A stretch of DNA of 62,860 nt, the filler included, from Pirum gemmata (taxonomy: Eukaryota): NCBI GenBank assembly GCA_002812295.1. It is 20 parts of 20 records of this genome, joined end to end, with 100 filler letters (N's around TTAATTAATTAA, not from the genome) between each part and the next. Parts side by side here need not be neighbours in the genome. Positions count along the whole stretch, not along the records: positions 50,497 to 55,272 come from PDIN01004136.1; positions 55,373 to 58,301 come from PDIN01004137.1; positions 58,402 to 61,316 come from PDIN01004138.1; positions 61,417 to 62,860 come from PDIN01004291.1; 16 more parts are not named here. The stretch is one strand, 5' to 3'. This document shows positions 51,152 to 62,860 of this stretch, piece by piece (position 1 is the stretch's first letter; every line of letters starts with the position of its first letter). The notes beneath the pieces are model-generated. The model saw only the letters and a list, made by a program, of their open reading frames with translations, did not search any database and was not told the origin of the DNA. The position numbers and the translations under genes were made by a program.

Positions 51152-51368
51152 TGGGGTGAGATATCTATTGGAACTTTTTTCGAACAGATGCTTATCGAGC
51201 CAACCTTAGTTCCGTGTTCCTTACTAATAATAGCATTTAAATAGCTTAAATATAGTAGATACCAATTAAAGTAATAATATTAACATAAATAGTAATAAAA
51301 ACCATAAAAATCGGAAAAGTTCCAGCAACTGTTCGGTAATAATAAAATGACGTCATCTCACCCCTACT
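51152..51368. mobile_element. MITE family B copy (reverse orientation)
   Basis: GGGGTGAGATAT...GACGTCATCTCACCCCTACT. Confidence 0.8.
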
Positions 51369-51425
51369 GTTTTAGTGTAGTAACTGTAAGCAACAGAAAA
51401 TTATTGGAGGGGTGTACCTATGTCA

Positions 51426-51615
51426 TATCGTGCTTTTCCAGTTGTTTTGTCATCATAAAATATACAATAAAGAGTACCAAATTAATATTAAATAAATCCA
51501 TTTAATTTAATTTGGTATATTTTATTATCCATTTATTCATTTAAAAACGTCAAATTAAATATTATAACCAACCAAATAAATATTCAGAGTGACAAAATAA
51601 ATGAAAAGCACTATA
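51426..51615. mobile_element. MITE family A copy; partial copies at ~51010 and ~51670
   Basis: TATCGTGCTTTTCCAG...ATGAAAAGCACTATA. Confidence 0.8.
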
Positions 51616-53287
51616 ATATTGTTTTTTGTATTTTTGTTGTTGTAGTTTTTGTTGAACTAGCTGACTACGTTATAAAATATACAATAAATAGTACCAAATT
51701 AATACAATATAAACCCATTTAGTTTAATTTGGTATATTTTATTATCTATGTATTGATTTAAAAATGTCAATTTAAAGATTNNNNNNNNNNNNNNNNNNNN
51801 NNNNNNNNNNNNNNNNNNNNNNNNNNNNTGTTAAATAAACAAAAGTTGTTATTATATTTATAATGATTAAGTTAATTTAAATATATTAATAATTTTGTTT
51901 AAAATGGTATTTAGAGTATTTTAATAGATAATAGTTTTGTAATTTTATATTATGATTCTTATTGTTGTTTTTTTTTATTTCTTTTATAAAATTTCAAAAA
52001 TATTTATACTTTTTTAACAATAAAAGTATATTATAAAACAATCATTAAATCATATCTTTATTATAATATAATAATTTTTCTTAATTTCAAAACTAAATTT
52101 TAATAGCTAATACCAATCACATTGGGTAACTCTGAATACGGGTTACGAACCCATTAGCTATTTTATCTAAAATTCAAAATAATAATTTATAAATTTTCTT
52201 TTTCATTTTTGCTTATTATAATTAATACTTTATTACAACAAATAAAGTATTCTTATTTCTTTATTAAAATTCGATTAAGATATTTTAATCAATATTAAAT
52301 TATATTAATTATAAATATATAGTACTTTAGATAGAAAGCCACAAAATTAAGTAACTTATCATATCTAACCTATAATATTAATAATAATTTTTTACATTCA
52401 NTGGGGATTAGGGTTGAGGTTGGGATTAGAAATAGGTAGGAGTTGGAACTTGGGGTTAGAAAATTACTTACAATCTTTAAGTGAATACTTCTTAGAGCAT
52501 GGCTTTTTAGTCGGATCACTCATGGTTAACAAAAAAATAGAAAAGAGAGAAAAAAGAAAAGAGATGAAGAACGGCAATAGTATTGTAATATATTTATAAT
52601 ATAATATTATTATAATATGTTGTATAATACACTATAATAACTACCGTTTGGGTAGAATCGATAATAATCATAATAGTCTAGAGCTCTCATAATAATTATT
52701 ATAATAAAATAAAATAAAATGTTGTACAGCTATAATAATTTATATTGTAATGTAATAGTAATGTAATTATTGTAATCCCTACCAAATTTTGAGAAAACGT
52801 CTAACTAAGAAAACTCTATTATGAACCAATTGCTAGTTTTTAAAATAATTTGGCTACTAGTCTAAAAAAAATGATTTCTACAGTTTTTCTATAATGTATT
52901 ATAGACCCCGGTCTACGCCCTAGACTATAAATAAGCCTGGGATAGACTAGACTATATAAGCTACGTTATTATGATATAATAAAAGCTACGCATAATTATG
53001 ATAATAATATCATAAATATATTTATAAAAATAGTAGGCTATCACAGTGCTATCATAGACTCTAGTAGCTAGCTAGCTATAGACTCATAGTGCTAGCTAGA
53101 ATCTGCTGCTAGCTCTAGGCTGCTAGCTAGCTAGCTAGATTTAGTTTTATATGTATAATATTACAAGACTATTACAAGGACTTCAATTTGAAGTCCTTGA
53201 ATATTTTATAATAATTATTCCAACCAGAAAAAAGTCCTGTTTTGTTAGGAGCTCGAGGGAGTATAAAATACTCTCAGATAAAATACT

Positions 53288-53474
53288 GTGCTTTTCATTT
53301 ATATTGTAACTCAGAATATTTATTTGGTTGGTTACAATATTTAAATTGTCATTTTTAAATGAATAAATAGATAATAAAGTGTACCCAATTAAAAATGAAA
53401 TGGATTTTTATTGTATTAATTTGGTACTCTTTATTGTGTATTTTATGATGACAAAGCAACTGAAAAGCACGATA
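53288..53474. mobile_element. MITE family A copy
   Basis: GTGCTTTTCATTTA...CTGAAAAGCACGATA. Confidence 0.8.
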
Positions 53475-53682
53475 GTATATATTATACAATAATATATAAT
53501 ATATAATATTATAAATGTTATTATAGTTTGAATTTGTTGATTAATTAAAGTATTATTAGTTGCATAATATTTTGATGTTATGAGGTTTTAATTAAGGCCG
53601 CTATAATATTAATACAATATTATAGATAATTATATCGATCTAATAATACGCATTTAAATCATTGAAGAAGTGTTACAATTAG

Positions 53683-53845
53683 GAGTAGGGGTAGGGGTAG
53701 GGGTAGGGGTAGGTTTAGGGTTAGGATTAGTGTTAGTGTTAGTGTTAATGTTAGGGTTAGGGTTAGGGTTAGGGTTAGGGTTAGGTTTGGGTTAGGGTTT
53801 TTGGGTTAGGGTTTTTGGGTTAGGGTTAGGGTTAGGGTTAGGGTC
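53683..53845. repeat. Interstitial degenerate (TTAGGG)n
   Basis: GTAGGG, TTAGTG and TTAGGG blocks. Confidence 0.9.
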
Positions 53846-54452
53846 AGAACTAGTACTGCAATAATATGATGATAGTATATTGATACCTATGCAAAAAGCT
53901 TAGTAGGGTTAGGGCTCTGCCTAGGCTTGATCATGAGTTTTATTAATTTAATTTTTAAAAACAGTATTATATATTAATATTATATGTTAATTAATGTTAA
54001 TTAATACATATATTATATATTAATTAAAAAGTCCTTAGTGTTAAACAACATAGGCATGAATATTTTAATACTTTTTTAATAACTAAATATTAATGTGCAC
54101 ATATAATTTCATGGATAATTATTAATACATACCCACACACTAGAGCCAGGATTATTTTAACCTCGAGCTCACCACCAACACTGATAGTTTTAAATTTAAT
54201 ATAATAATAATCATAATTAATTTACATTACATTAATATTAATCCTAAGACTAACCTAAATATTAATGCTTACTCATCAATACTAACCCCTTTCCGGGCTA
54301 CCCTCCTCACCCACACCCACACACCCACACACCGCACACCCACACACCCATGTTCCTTTTTGCAGAGCTGTTGGTAGTATTAATAAACTAAATATAATCT
54401 AGTTGAAAAAAGGTTTTAATAGCTATAGGTTATAGGCTTATAATTAATGATA

Positions 54453-54556
54453 AGGGTTAGGGTTACAGGGTTAGGGTTAGGGTTAGGGTTAGGGTTAGGG
54501 TTAGGGTTAGGGTTAGGGTTAGGGTTAGGGTTAGGGTTAGGGGTTAGGGTTAGGGT
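54453..54556. repeat. (TTAGGG)n tract running into a gap
   Basis: Visible repeat. Confidence 0.95.
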
Positions 54557-55379
54557 NNNNNNNNNNNNNNNNNNNNNNNNNNNNNNNNNNNNNNNNNNNN
54601 NNNNNNNNNNNNNNNNNNNNNNNNNNAAAAAAAACTGATGAAAAAAAAAAACTGATGAAAAAAAAATAGCATTTTTCAAGGAGTTCAAGAAAAAAAAAAA
54701 ATTTTTTTCTTCTTTTTTCAGGATTTTTGTCCTTGGATAGTCTTATGATAGGTTAAGATAGATTATAGGCATTTTTCGTAGGCATTTTAGTAATTTTAGT
54801 ACATTTTTACTACATTTTTCCACTATTTTCCCTATTTTTCTTATTTTTCCTATTTTTCCTATTTTTTCTAGCCTATTTTTCCCCTTATTTTTTCACTTGA
54901 CTATATTTTTTCTGTTCATAGCCAATAATAGGGATGATTATTTTTTTATCTTTTTTGGGTTTTCGTTATACTATATTTAGGTTATTATTTAATTTTTAAA
55001 AATAATTTAATTATAGACCAATTAAAATACGGAAAATGACTTTGCTTCAAACAATTTTTAAAAAAAAAAATGTCTAACTTTTGGGTTTCACTAGAATTTT
55101 TAGTTTTCGAACAAAATTAATTTTTAATAGGTATAATATAGGTTTGAAATTTTCAAACATAAAATAAAATAAAAAGTGAGACTTTTAATTAGTAAAAAAA
55201 GTAAGACGTTTTTAAATTGTTTGCACCATACTATAAATAAATAAATAAAATTTTAAAAAAATAAATTTTTTTNNNNNNNNNNNNNNNNNNNNNNNNNNNN
55301 NNNNNNNNNNNNNNNNTTAATTAATTAANNNNNNNNNNNNNNNNNNNNNNNNNNNNNNNNNNNNNNNNNNNNACTTCTA

Positions 55380-55545
55380 CATTCATAAAGGACGTCACTT
55401 ATTCTTTGATAAAAGTCATTGCTCAAAAGTGTGACTTAAACTGTTTTAGGCAGTAATTAATTATTACAATAAACTTTAAAATTATGACAGAAAGTGTTTT
55501 GGACAAAGAAGCATAGGTAAGATTAGGTGACGTCCTTTATGGATG
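55380..55545. mobile_element. Putative MITE (~165 bp)
   Basis: Inverted repeat CATAAAGGACGTCAC (55384) / GTGACGTCCTTTATG (ends 55541); only one copy in this window. Confidence 0.5.
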
Positions 55546-55828
55546 ATTCCCTACTTCTACCTATAGATCCAAAACAGTTCACACAATGACAGCGTAAAAA
55601 CTTGTTCTTGTTTATCTTCCTTGTACTACGAGCAGTTCTTCTGACTTTTTGATACTTTTGTTTTTTTAGCTTGTGTCTTGGACATGTTGTTGGTGTTGTT
55701 TTCTTCGCTTTCTATTTTTTGCTGAACACTTGCTTGAGGTAAATGGTTAAATGGTAGTAATACTACCACTTACCTGAAGAACCAAGAGTTGGTGCTATTA
55801 GTGAGGAACAATTTGATCAAAGACGTAA

Positions 55829-55978
55829 CATCATGTTATTGCTATGGATCCTGTAATTCGTACTTTTCAAACTTTATATGATACTAATGTCTCCATCACC
55901 CCAGTGATAAACAACACCATTAGTATCATATAAAGTTTGAAAAGTACGAACTCCAGAATCCATAGCAATAACACGATG
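55829..55978. repeat. Long hairpin, 61-bp arms with 4 mismatches and a 28-nt loop
   Basis: Arms at 55829-55889 and 55918-55978. Confidence 0.9.
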
Positions 55979-56157
55979 AACAGTGATAGACAACACCATG
56001 CGATGAATCTTTGAAATGAGTATTGGCTTAGATAAAATTCAAAACAAGACAGGTAAAAAATATAATAAACCTGATATAAAGTGAGGAATAAGATTGATGT
56101 TATTGATGTAGGTCTACATCATCAATCTTGTCATTTTTTATTTTATAATAATTAATA

Positions 56158-56646
56158 TTGACTCCACCCGAAGCAACACAACACATTACATCAGCAATAC
56201 AATCACCACTCACAACCACAACAAAGCTAAACAATCACAAAAAACAATACACACTTCCACACTATATTCTAACCCAAATCAAAACTTCAAGAAAAACTAG
56301 GAAACTATATCAAAAAACTAGGGACCCAGCAACCCGAATAATATTCAAAAAACAACAAAGACAAATAACAAAGGACATTCAAGATTTCAAACAAGCTCAA
56401 TGGAACCAACAATGCCACCAACTTAATTTTATGCAACCATCTGATGCCAGATTATGGAAAAAGCTCAACCAGCTACAACAAATTAATACCACCACCATTA
56501 CTAACTACACCCTAAAACAGGACAACAAATTAATTACACAACCCCAAGAAATCACAAATATATTTGCATCACACTTACAAACCATATTTAAGGAACAAAA
56601 TTCCAAAACCACCAAAACAAATACTAATAACAACAACAAAAAATAA
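56158..56646 (+). mobile_element. Non-LTR retrotransposon (Jockey/I-like) ORF2 fragment, endonuclease-RT linker
   Basis: LP..I...IK..RK.RKLYQKTRDP, K..QW...C..L, LWKKL and EI..IFASHL..IF pattern; A/C-skewed; truncated by an AAT repeat. Confidence 0.75.
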
Positions 56647-56684
56647 TGCTAACACTAATATTTTTACTAACACTAATAATAAAG

Positions 56685-56737
<53 letters not shown>

Positions 56738-57719
56738 AATACTAATACTAATAATAAAGACTGAAATTACCCTACAGAACTTTGACTTAATTCTAGCAAT
56801 CCTCTGCGAATAGCTTGTTCTCTTTGACAAACACTTGAATCGCTAGTAAAACAATTAAATGAGTGAAACTTTAAAATACTTCAGCTTGACAAAATAGTAA
56901 ACGGGAGGAGAAAGAGGGGGAAGGGTGGGACAAGAGAACAGAAAGGGGTGTAGAGTTAAAGTTAGGATAGGGATAGAGGGGTAGAGTTAGAGTTAGGTTA
57001 GGGATAGAGCGGTAGAGTTAGAGTTAGGTTAGGAATTAAAGGTAGAGTTAGGTTAGGGATAGAGGGGTAGAGTTAGAGTTAGGTAAGGAATTGAAGGCAG
57101 AGTTAGGTTAGGGGTAAAGTTAGGTTAGGGTTAGAGCCAGGCCAGGGTTAAAGTTAGGTTAGAGTTAGAGTTAGGTTAGGGATAGGGCAGAAAACGTAGT
57201 AAAAAAAAAAAAAAGTGCAGAAAAAGAAACAAGAAATCAAAACTTGATTGATACTTACATTTTCGAAAAATATAAAGCAGCTTTTAGAGTAGTTGAAGAT
57301 TTTAAAAAAGTAGATATGAGAACTGTCCAATCATAGCAACGGCTTATCAAACAAATATCAAGTAAATGCCTAACGGAAAGTGGAAAGTAAGGAAAGGTTT
57401 CTTAGTGATTTAAGAAACAATTATTAAAATAGAAGAACAAACAGCTAGTAGATCGAAAAGGGATACTTTGCAATTAATCTCTGTAAAAAATATTTTTTTT
57501 TACTTAATCAATATTTACATACTACAGGTATGTAAATATTAATATGTAACCACACAATTAAACTGTAACCTGCTGCTCCTCCTCTTACTAAGGAAAGTAG
57601 GAAAAGGTATTATTTTTATCGTTCAGGCAGGTATTAGTCTCCTACACTACGAAAAGAATATACACACAATTTCTGGGTCATGTACCCGAAACGAAGGCTG
57701 ACGAATTTCACAGTATTAA

Positions 57720-57934
57720 AACAACCACAGCAACCACAACAATCACAACAACCACAACAGCCACAACCACAACAACCACAACCACAATGATGACAACCAC
57801 CACCACCACCAACACGACCACGCTACAACAACCACAACAACCACAACAACCACAACAACCACAACAACTACAGCAACTACAACCACAACCACAATGATGA
57901 CAACCACCACCACCACCACCACCACCACCACCAA

Positions 57935-57973
<39 letters not shown>

Positions 57974-58045
57974 CATCACCACGACCACGACTACCATCAC
58001 CACGACTACGACCACGACCACCACCAAGACCACCATCACAACAAC
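57720..58045. repeat. ACC/ACA/ACG compound microsatellite
   Basis: Visible repeat. Confidence 0.9.
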
Positions 58046-58792
58046 ATATTTTCAGCTTATTTTTAAATAATGGATATTAACATACTACAAATATATAAAT
58101 ATCAATATGTAACCACAATTAAACTATAACCCACTACTCCTCGCACTAGAGTAATACAGCATTTTTTTTAAAATAAATTTCTTAAAAAAAAAATATTATG
58201 TAGATATCAAAATCAAATGAGAGAACAAAAAAATTATACCAGATGATGATGGGTCTGGATAACGAGTGTGCTAAAACCAGAGATGAATAATATATATATA
58301 TNNNNNNNNNNNNNNNNNNNNNNNNNNNNNNNNNNNNNNNNNNNNTTAATTAATTAANNNNNNNNNNNNNNNNNNNNNNNNNNNNNNNNNNNNNNNNNNN
58401 NTAATAATAATTATAATAATAATAATATATAAAGATAAAACTAAATTTAATTAAAAAAGTATTTCGAGTTTTTATAACCAAGGACTTGAAATAACTATTG
58501 TATAAATAAATATACAAGCAATACAATATATATAATAAAGGTTACATACAATATTGATATATTATTATTTATTATGATAATATCGTAACTTGTAAGTAAC
58601 TAGTCGTACTACTAACCAAGTTGTATATATAATATAGACTATCAAGTGATAGAAAAGAATTAGTAGCTCCCTGGCTAGCTAGCTACTAGCTAACCCTGTG
58701 TGAACGTTTAGGAAAAAAAAAAACAAGTCAAAATAAGGCCAACTTTAGTCCGGAGGGGACTGGCATTTTTTTACCTTTTTTCTACTCCCAAN

Positions 58793-58858
<66 letters not shown>

Positions 58859-59924
58859 TTGGTTTTAAGGATGGTGGGCCTGTTGGTGCCCCCTAATATA
58901 ATTTATATAAACGATATGATCAAAATCAACAACAACAACATCATCATCATCATCATCGATATCATCATCAGCATCATCATCATTAGTAATAGCATTGTTT
59001 ACTATGCTGCAAATTACCAAAATGAATAAATAATTGTTTTACTTTATTGAAACTGATTTGAGTATTTTAAAAAGTGTATTATGATTTTTTGAAGTATTAT
59101 ATTATCGTAATTTCTTGCACTTTGGTAATGAATTAATTGCAATTCTTTTGGTCTATATATGTATGCCACAACCACGAGTTAATTTGCTTCTTACAATAAA
59201 TGTTTCTTGATGATCATCTGCAACATTTTTCATTCTTATAATTACTTTAATGGTTCTTAATACTGGTATATTGTAAAATATACTTGCATAAATTTTTTAA
59301 ATTTAATTAAAGATATTCTTGTAATAAAGTAAACACTAGTAAACCAGAATTAACGCATTAACGCCTTTTTTTTTTTTTGCCATACTTTTAGTATATATAA
59401 TATATTGCCAAGTGTTTGTGTAGCTTTGCGGAAATAGCTGAAATAAGGGATCTCATACATCTAATTGGGCCTTGTGTGTGTGTGGGGGGGGGTTGATTAT
59501 GTTAGTTATTGTTTTTGTTACTCTTATATTATTGTTATTATATTATTATTATTATTATTTTATTATTTTTTAATAATATATAATATATAATAATATTGTA
59601 TAGTTATACTCTTATTGTTATTGTTATTGTTATTGATATTATTAGTATTATTATTATTAATATTAAAATTTGGTTATTGTTATATATGGTTATTGTTATT
59701 GTTATTGTTATCATAGGATAGGGCTATAGGGTTAGGGTTACTGTTGTTATGATTATAAATATGGCCACGGTTATGGTTATAATTGTTATAATTAATATTA
59801 ACGTTGTATTATATTGTTATTGTTATCAATGTTAATTTTAATCAATGTTATTGGTATTAAATTAAAATATTAATTGTTATTGTTATTGTTTATGCTTATG
59901 TTTATTGTTATTGTGTTAAGTGTT

Positions 59925-61172
59925 TTATGTTAGCATATCTTTAACAATAATACTTGTAATAATTACACTATGCGGTCCAGAGCCAGAAATATCAATATAA
60001 CCGATTATATTACCCGCTTCATTACTAGGACCCCATGAGCCCACATAATCAACTACAATAAGTCCTGCACGGTTAGCTCGAACAAAATTGATATGTTCTG
60101 TTTTTTGTATAAGAAGATTACCTTCGCAATCATAAGCTTTTACTATGTTTTGAGTTTGTACAGTAGGATCAATATGATATGTGTCAATTTCGACACCCCT
60201 AATTCCAGTCCCAAAATGTATACGTACATCTCCTGAACCTATCATACCATTTGTCGAATCTTGAAAATCAGTTAATAAATCAATTCCCGCATTAAACATT
60301 TGTTGAACACCAAAAACTCCTGAAGAGTATGAATACGTTAGCCAAGTAGTACAGCAAGTAGGAAATGCTATTGTTGGTAGAGAATTAGGTTTTCCTTGAC
60401 AATATACTTCACAATTTGTACCTGTGTAAGCAGGAAGACACGCGCAACTATAACTGGTTACCAAATTACTGCATGTACCGTTATTTTGACATGGGGTTAT
60501 TGCACAAGCATCTGCAACAAGTTCGCAATCTCTACCTTCATACGCAGTCGGACATGTACATGTATAATTATTAACTAGACCACTGCAAGTACCCCCATTT
60601 TGACATGGGTTTACTGCACATTGATCGATAACAAGTTCGCAATCTCTACCTTCATACCCAGTCGGACATGTACATGTATAATTATTAACTAGACCATCGC
60701 AAGTACCCCCATTTTGACATGGGTATATTACACATTGATCGATAACAAGTTCACAATCTCTACCTTCATATCCACTTGGACAACTACATTGAAAACCTGA
60801 TTGATTAGCTAGTAAACAAGATGTGCATGAAAGGTCGTTGATACAGGTTCTACAAGTAGAAATGTATTCCAAACACCCATTTCGTATTAAATCAAAATAA
60901 AACCCATCTTCACATTCATATTCATTTATATTATTATCTACTATTCCTACAGGGGGCTCAGTACTAAAATTTGTTGTCCCATCTATTAAAATAAATTCAT
61001 TACGGTTCATTGAATTTCCAATTCTATTTATCCAGTCATCAATTTTTTCTTCAATATGTGTGTCTAATATCACAACATCTACAATTTGATTGGTTATTGC
61101 TCTACGCCCAATATTATTCAGGACGTTATTAATTATAACCAAAACAACTGCAATACGTGATACGGGAATTCC
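59925..61172 (-). CDS. 3' exon of an extracellular protein with a furin-like Cys-rich repeat, Notch/fibropellin-type EGF repeats and an unknown C-terminal beta-rich domain
   Basis: Three complete 38-aa D.C...PCQN.GTC..LV..Y.C.C...Y.G..CE units plus a half unit; 114-bp nucleotide repeats. No ATG or signal peptide in frame, so upstream exons are inferred. Confidence 0.85.
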   Translation of the reverse strand, partial: GIPVSRIAVVLVIINNVLNNIGRRAITNQIVDVVILDTHIEEKIDDWINRIGNSMNRNEFILIDGTTNFSTEPPVGIVDNNINEYECEDGFYFDLIRNGCLEYISTCRTCINDLSCTSCLLANQSGFQCSCPSGYEGRDCELVIDQCVIYPCQNGGTCDGLVNNYTCTCPTGYEGRDCELVIDQCAVNPCQNGGTCSGLVNNYTCTCPTAYEGRDCELVADACAITPCQNNGTCSNLVTSYSCACLPAYTGTNCEVYCQGKPNSLPTIAFPTCCTTWLTYSYSSGVFGVQQMFNAGIDLLTDFQDSTNGMIGSGDVRIHFGTGIRGVEIDTYHIDPTVQTQNIVKAYDCEGNLLIQKTEHINFVRANRAGLIVVDYVGSWGPSNEAGNIIGYIDISGSGPHSVIITSIIVKDMLT

Positions 61173-61419
61173 TTTTTTTAATTAAAAAAAACAAAACATT
61201 TTTTTGTTATTTAATTATATATATATATGACATATAATGTATAATATATTATATACATAGATATACGTAGTTAATTATTATTAATTATTAATAATAATAT
61301 TATTAAAATTATTATTNNNNNNNNNNNNNNNNNNNNNNNNNNNNNNNNNNNNNNNNNNNNTTAATTAATTAANNNNNNNNNNNNNNNNNNNNNNNNNNNN
61401 NNNNNNNNNNNNNNNNTCA

Positions 61420-62373
61420 GTGTTTTTAAAAGACGAGAATGCTATTGGATTTGCCTACCAATTAACTCCACACAGATTTCCGAACCTGCATTTTTTTAAT
61501 GATAATATAATTAGAAGTCATTCTATGTATGAATCTATAGTTAGTGTTGAGTATAGTCCTAAAGTCATTACACAAAGTGATTATTACAATGATGATTGGA
61601 AAAGTTTAATTACTGCTAATCCTAACGATAAAATTAAATTTAATTATGATACCTTCTCTCTTACCTTCGAAAATTTAGTTAACTTGATTATGAGATGGGC
61701 AGGTAATACTATTGTTATGCCTTTTACTCCTGATGATGGTAGTGCTCTTAGTGCAAGAGTTGCTAATGCTAATTTTAAGTTTACAATAGAATCACAACTA
61801 GGTCTGATGAAAATAGGTTTTAATCCACATATTCATCGTCCTGATTCTGTAAAAGCAGGGACGTTTACAGTTACTTTTTTTCAAAAACAAAGCGATGGAT
61901 CTTTTAATAATGTAAAAAGTGAAACTATTGTTAATGATGCCGGTTTTAAAACCTATTCTACATTAGCAGATAGAATAGTTTTCACGCCAGGGACCGATGC
62001 AGGATTGCTATACGTTAGTGATTTAGTTATTCAAATTCCACAACGATCGAATAGTATCAATCCACAAGAATTTCAAATTTTAAAAAGTGGTGTTACGTCT
62101 TTAAATAAACATCTTCAAGGCCAAATCTCTGGAAATACATACAATATTAAAACTAATAATGATGCTCTTTTACGTTTTGATAATCATTATAATGCATTTT
62201 TAAGAATTTATTCTAATACTCTGAACTATATTAACACTGTTTTAACTTCTTTAATTACCCTAATAGAGGACTTAAAAGAAGCAACGGATAATAATACTAG
62301 GAAACCATTACCATTATGGACTAAAATTATATTTCCATTAGCAGGTTTAGTTGAAAAGATTAAATACGGTTAA
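61420..62373 (+). CDS. 5'-truncated unknown protein (beta-rich region followed by a heptad-like helix)
   Basis: 317 codons of open, non-repetitive frame from the scaffold edge; no family recognised. Confidence 0.7.
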   Translation: MFLKDENAIGFAYQLTPHRFPNLHFFNDNIIRSHSMYESIVSVEYSPKVITQSDYYNDDWKSLITANPNDKIKFNYDTFSLTFENLVNLIMRWAGNTIVMPFTPDDGSALSARVANANFKFTIESQLGLMKIGFNPHIHRPDSVKAGTFTVTFFQKQSDGSFNNVKSETIVNDAGFKTYSTLADRIVFTPGTDAGLLYVSDLVIQIPQRSNSINPQEFQILKSGVTSLNKHLQGQISGNTYNIKTNNDALLRFDNHYNAFLRIYSNTLNYINTVLTSLITLIEDLKEATDNNTRKPLPLWTKIIFPLAGLVEKIKYG

Positions 62374-62376
62374 TTA

Positions 62377-62407
<31 letters not shown>

Positions 62408-62528
62408 TTTTACTTTTATATACGTTTTAACCTTTCCGCGAATGGTGCAACGGATGGCTCCAGTATAATAATAATAATAGTGATTTATAATAATAATCTA
62501 AAGATTTATAATAATAATAATAATTTTG

Positions 62529-62569
<41 letters not shown>

Positions 62570-62860
62570 TAAATAATAATTTTTTTGATAATTTTTGATA
62601 AAAATTTTTTAATAAATATACGTACGTAGCTCCAAAAAAAAAATTCTCGAACAAAAAAAAAACGTCATTTTATGTATTTTTTGAAAAAATAATTTTTTTA
62701 AGACAAATTCGAGTACCCCTACTAGTCCTGAATTAACCGACAGTGACACGAACGCTGAACCGAACGCTGAGAGCAAGTAGAACAAGTAGAACAAGTAGAA
62801 CAAGTAGAGCTAAAGTCTCTAAAACCCCAATCTAATATTTATAAAATCCAATCTAATATT

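Overview
This is not one locus. It is 20 unrelated scaffolds, mostly about 2.9 kb (three of 4-4.8 kb, the last one cut by the window edge), joined by 19 artificial N-TTAATTAATTAA-N stop linkers. The source is a very AT-rich, intron-containing eukaryote using the standard code, with TTAGGG telomere-type repeats and many microsatellites. A unicellular holozoan/opisthokont is my inference; an amoebozoan is not excluded. Recognisable genes: a temptin + copper type II monooxygenase, the last exon of tomosyn, an MDR-family quinone oxidoreductase, a PPR protein, an EGF-repeat protein and a disrupted MACPF + beta-trefoil-like gene. There are also several unknown secreted proteins, relics of Ty1/copia, Jockey-like LINE and SWIM-finger elements, and several MITE-like families. 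Best leads, most missing from the ORF track: (1) an Asp-rich secreted segment next to a TM + NPxY-x8-NxxY integrin-beta-like tail; (2) a spliced, divergent Rel-homology (NFAT5/NF-kB-like) domain start behind a Q/N-rich region; (3) probable TA-GTC-TA transposon excision footprints, one of which breaks the MACPF signal peptide, plus a candidate source element; (4) a kexin/furin-type polyprotein; (5) TGACGTCA enrichment with CpG-decay variants. No CRISPR, rRNA or tRNA was recognised. All family calls come from motif recognition by eye, without searches.
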